64,000 nt of DNA, taken from contig NC_042998.1 in NCBI RefSeq assembly GCF_006345805.1, positions 47,678,001-47,742,000 of the forward strand, read 5' to 3'. The DNA comes from Octopus sinensis (lineage: Eukaryota). This document shows, one piece after another, positions 61,033-64,000 of this stretch; the stretch's first letter is position 1; each line of letters opens with the position of its first letter. A model generated the notes under the pieces. It did no database searches. It had not been told where the DNA came from and was given only the letters and a program-made list of their open reading frames with translations. A program made the translations under genes and the position numbers.

Positions 61033-62240
61033 TTGGAAGTCTATGAGGATTATTTGTAGTTTTTGAAGTGTAAAGGTGACTTTTTCTAATTATTTTCTAA
61101 AAAATGTTATGAAATCTTTTATGAGGATGTTACAAACCTTTTTGAGAATAAGTTTTTTTCTGGTGTATGAGCCCTTTTGCTAAGCCTTTTCAAATACACG
61201 CCCTCTTAAAGAGGAAGTTGTTATTTTTGTGGTAGCCATAGTATCATTTCTGGTTTATTTTCGAACTTTTGCTTTTGGTCATAAATATTCTTTTACCATT
61301 GTTTATTATATGGAGTGTTGACTATTTTCGGTTTGATTTCAGATTTAGAATTCTTATAAAGTATTCTTCTTTTGCCTTTCGTAGCTGTACATTTTCATCG
61401 TATATTTTGTAAAGTGGGAATATTCTAAATTTTCCATTTGCACAGATATCTAGATGTTCAAAGCATGGGACATTCCAAAGAGATAAATCCCTAATTCGTT
61501 GTTTATGCTCATTTACACGGTTGATCAGTTTCCTTCCTGTCTCCCCAATGTAGTTTTCATTGCATTGTGGACATGTGATGCAGTAGATGAAGTTTTTAGT
61601 TTTACAGTTCATGTTTGCATTCACTTTTAATTCCTTCCCATTCTTGAGTCCTTGCTCAATTGATTCACATGTTCACAACGGAGCTCTCCACAGCTAGTTT
61701 ACCTGTATCGTTTCTTTTTCAAATGTGAATCTCGCCTTTGTTAGGAACCTCTTGAGGCTAGGTGGTTGTCTTCCACTGTTGATAATTTGTGATTTTTAAT
61801 TATTTGTCGGAGATTTGGTGATTGATGTAGAATCAGGAGGTATCGGTTGGCTGAGTTCAGGATGTTGTGGTTTCTAGGATTGTGGGTGACTACAAATGGA
61901 ATAATTGTATTTGTATTTTTACTTTCACGTCTAACCTGAGTGTTTCTCTATAAGGTAGAGATCGGGATTTCCTTTGCTTTTGATCTGGCATATTGAATTG
62001 ACTTGTTGGGATAGTTTTGTTTCTGAAGGAATATATTAAGTTCTGCCAGTCGTTTCTCTCGTCTAACAGTATCACAGTATCTGTGACTATTGAGCATATG
62101 CACCTTGCCATATTAAATGTTATGTTCCTTTTTGTATAGAAAGGGTGGCAAAATCTAAAATCTAAATATTGATGTGTGTCTGTTTTGTTGTAGAGGTCAG
62201 TTGTAACTGTTTCGTTTTCTTTAATTATTAGGATATCCAT
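61030..62240 (-). mobile_element. Penelope-like element: RT thumb, linker and GIY-YIG endonuclease, decayed
   Basis: DILIIK..TTDLYNKTDTHQYLDFRFCHP.YTKRNI; HNPRN; RQPPSLKRFLTKARF; CGELRC linker; NCKTKNFIYCITCPQCNENYIGETGRKLINRVNEHK, HLDIC, FRIFPLYK, KEEYFI. Confidence 0.9.
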
Positions 62241-62499
62241 ATATTTCGATTTCCTTCTTTTCGCCCAATATTTACACGCTACTATCTGTAGCTTTATTAT
62301 TATTATTTTTTTTTCGATATCTACTATTTCACGTTCCCTCGAAGATTATATATTCTTATCACGTCACCAATTATATATTTTAATCTTATTGATCTTGATT
62401 TGATGAAAATCAACATGACCCAGGACTGATCTGAAAAACAATAAAGTGTTCAACTTCGGATCGTATGAACATTAAATCTAGGACTTCTGTTATTTTTAT

Positions 62500-62690
62500 C
62501 CTTACTACTTCATTTTTTTCAGTCATTAGACTATGGCCATGCTGGGGCACCGTCAGGAAGGAGTTTTAGTCGAAAAAACGATTTCAGTACTTTTTTTTTT
62601 AATCTGGCACTTATTCTATCAAGTACTTTTGCCGAACCGCTAAGTTACGGGAACGTAAACAAACACCAGTTGTAAAGCAATGGTTGAGAG
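62500..62690 (-). mobile_element. SINE family B 3' half
   Basis: TCAGTCATTAGACTATGGCCATGCTGGGGCACCG...GCCGAACCGCTAAGTTACGG. Confidence 0.8.
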
Positions 62691-63349
62691 CGGGATGGCG
62701 ACTGGAAGGAGAGAGTGTTGCACTGGAACCTGTTTGATACTCATTTACAGCAGCGTAGATTGAAATTACGTAAAAAGAAGTGCCTTGCTCAAGGATACAA
62801 TGCGTAGTCTATGCATTGAACACACGACATTAAGAACACGAGGTGAACGTCCCAACCACAAAATTCCACTTAGTAAAAGAAGAAAAAAGGCCTTAGATTT
62901 AAAGTTCATGATTTTCTCGGTCTGAAAAAAAAAAGCATTTAGTGATAAATCAAGCATCGAACCGAATATAATTCCTTTTAACTAGATAAACAAAGATTCG
63001 ACAAGGTCTTTTACGAATCGATACACATCAGTGTTTTCCAATTGCCCAGAGAGACACGCGATTTAAGATGTGATACTTATTCACAACGCCAGCCAATGAA
63101 AAGGCCTCAACGTAGTCGCCTCACCTGTTGAAAATAGCAGCTAAATTTCTTTCAAATACTACCAGTCTGAATCTGCAATACCCGAAAAGGGTGAAATACA
63201 TTACGACTTAAATACCTTTGACAATAGTTCTATTCAATAACAATAACTTGGGTGAACTTGAACAAGTGGAACTAAATATTCAACTCAGAAACATACGAAA
63301 CACAGTAAATTCGAAATCGGTCAAGTTTAAGAAAGTAACGTATTTGAGT

Positions 63350-63745
63350 ACTCTCTCTTTTACTGTCTTACTTGTTTCAGTCATTTGACTGTGGCCATGT
63401 TGGGGCATCGCCTTTAGTCGAGCATATCAGCCCCAGGACTTATTCTTTGTAAGCCTAGTACTTATTCTATCGGTCTCTTTTGCCGAACCGCTAAGTTACG
63501 GGGACGTAAACACACCAGCATCGGTTGTCAAGCGATATTGGGGGGACAAACACAGACACACAAACATATACACATACATATATATATACATATATACGAC
63601 GGGCTTCTTTTCAGTTTCCGTCTACCAAATCCACTCACAAGGCTTTGGTCGGCCCGAGGCTATAGTAGAAGACACTTGTCCAAGGTGCCACGTAGTGAGA
63701 CTGAACCCGGAACCATGTGGTTTACCACACAGCCACTCCTGCGCC
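63350..63745 (-). mobile_element. Full-length SINE family B
   Basis: Complete tail, core and head ending CACTCCTGCGCC. Confidence 0.95.
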
Positions 63746-64000
63746 TATAGCTAATTATAGAGTATCTGAGGTTTGATCAGTTACTAGAAAGGCAAGGCCA
63801 ACAGCGACGGTATTCGAATTTAGAACCAAAATTTGAACTCGCACATAAAGCATGTTACTTTCAAATGACTCTATATTGGTTAACCATAGAATCTGGTGTA
63901 CATCTATATTCCTTTTGTTAATAATACGACACTTGCAAACACTTCACGTGGAACAATAGAGGTTGTGAGTTTATCTAAGTCAACCTTTGTGGTATATAAG

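Overview
AT-rich, microsatellite-saturated eukaryotic DNA. The repeat content looks like an octopus (coleoid cephalopod) intergenic or intronic region; this is an inference from recalled SINE families. I found no supportable host protein-coding gene, and most listed ORFs are translations of microsatellites. The window is a layered set of mobile elements: four tRNA-type SINE families (called A-D here, dozens of copies); four R4/Dong-clade LINE remnants; CR1-group and Tx1/L1-like LINE 3' ends; a decayed Gypsy element; Penelope-like GIY-YIG remnants; mariner and maT (DD37D) remnants; MITEs; and Helitron-like elements. The best second-look signals are: (1) a TSD-flanked chimera of a tRNA-Trp 5' portion fused to a SINE; (2) six ~200-bp (TA)n-anchored elements carrying minimal hammerhead ribozyme motifs, one family with a fixed non-canonical core; (3) microsatellite-specific retroelement sets, with Dong plus a 555-bp non-coding passenger in (TAA)n and Dong plus a ~100-bp unit in (TACA)n; (4) SINE multimers sharing one junction; (5) a telomere-repeat-bearing MITE with an 8-bp TSD. 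Coordinates were read by eye, and boundaries of decayed elements are approximate.
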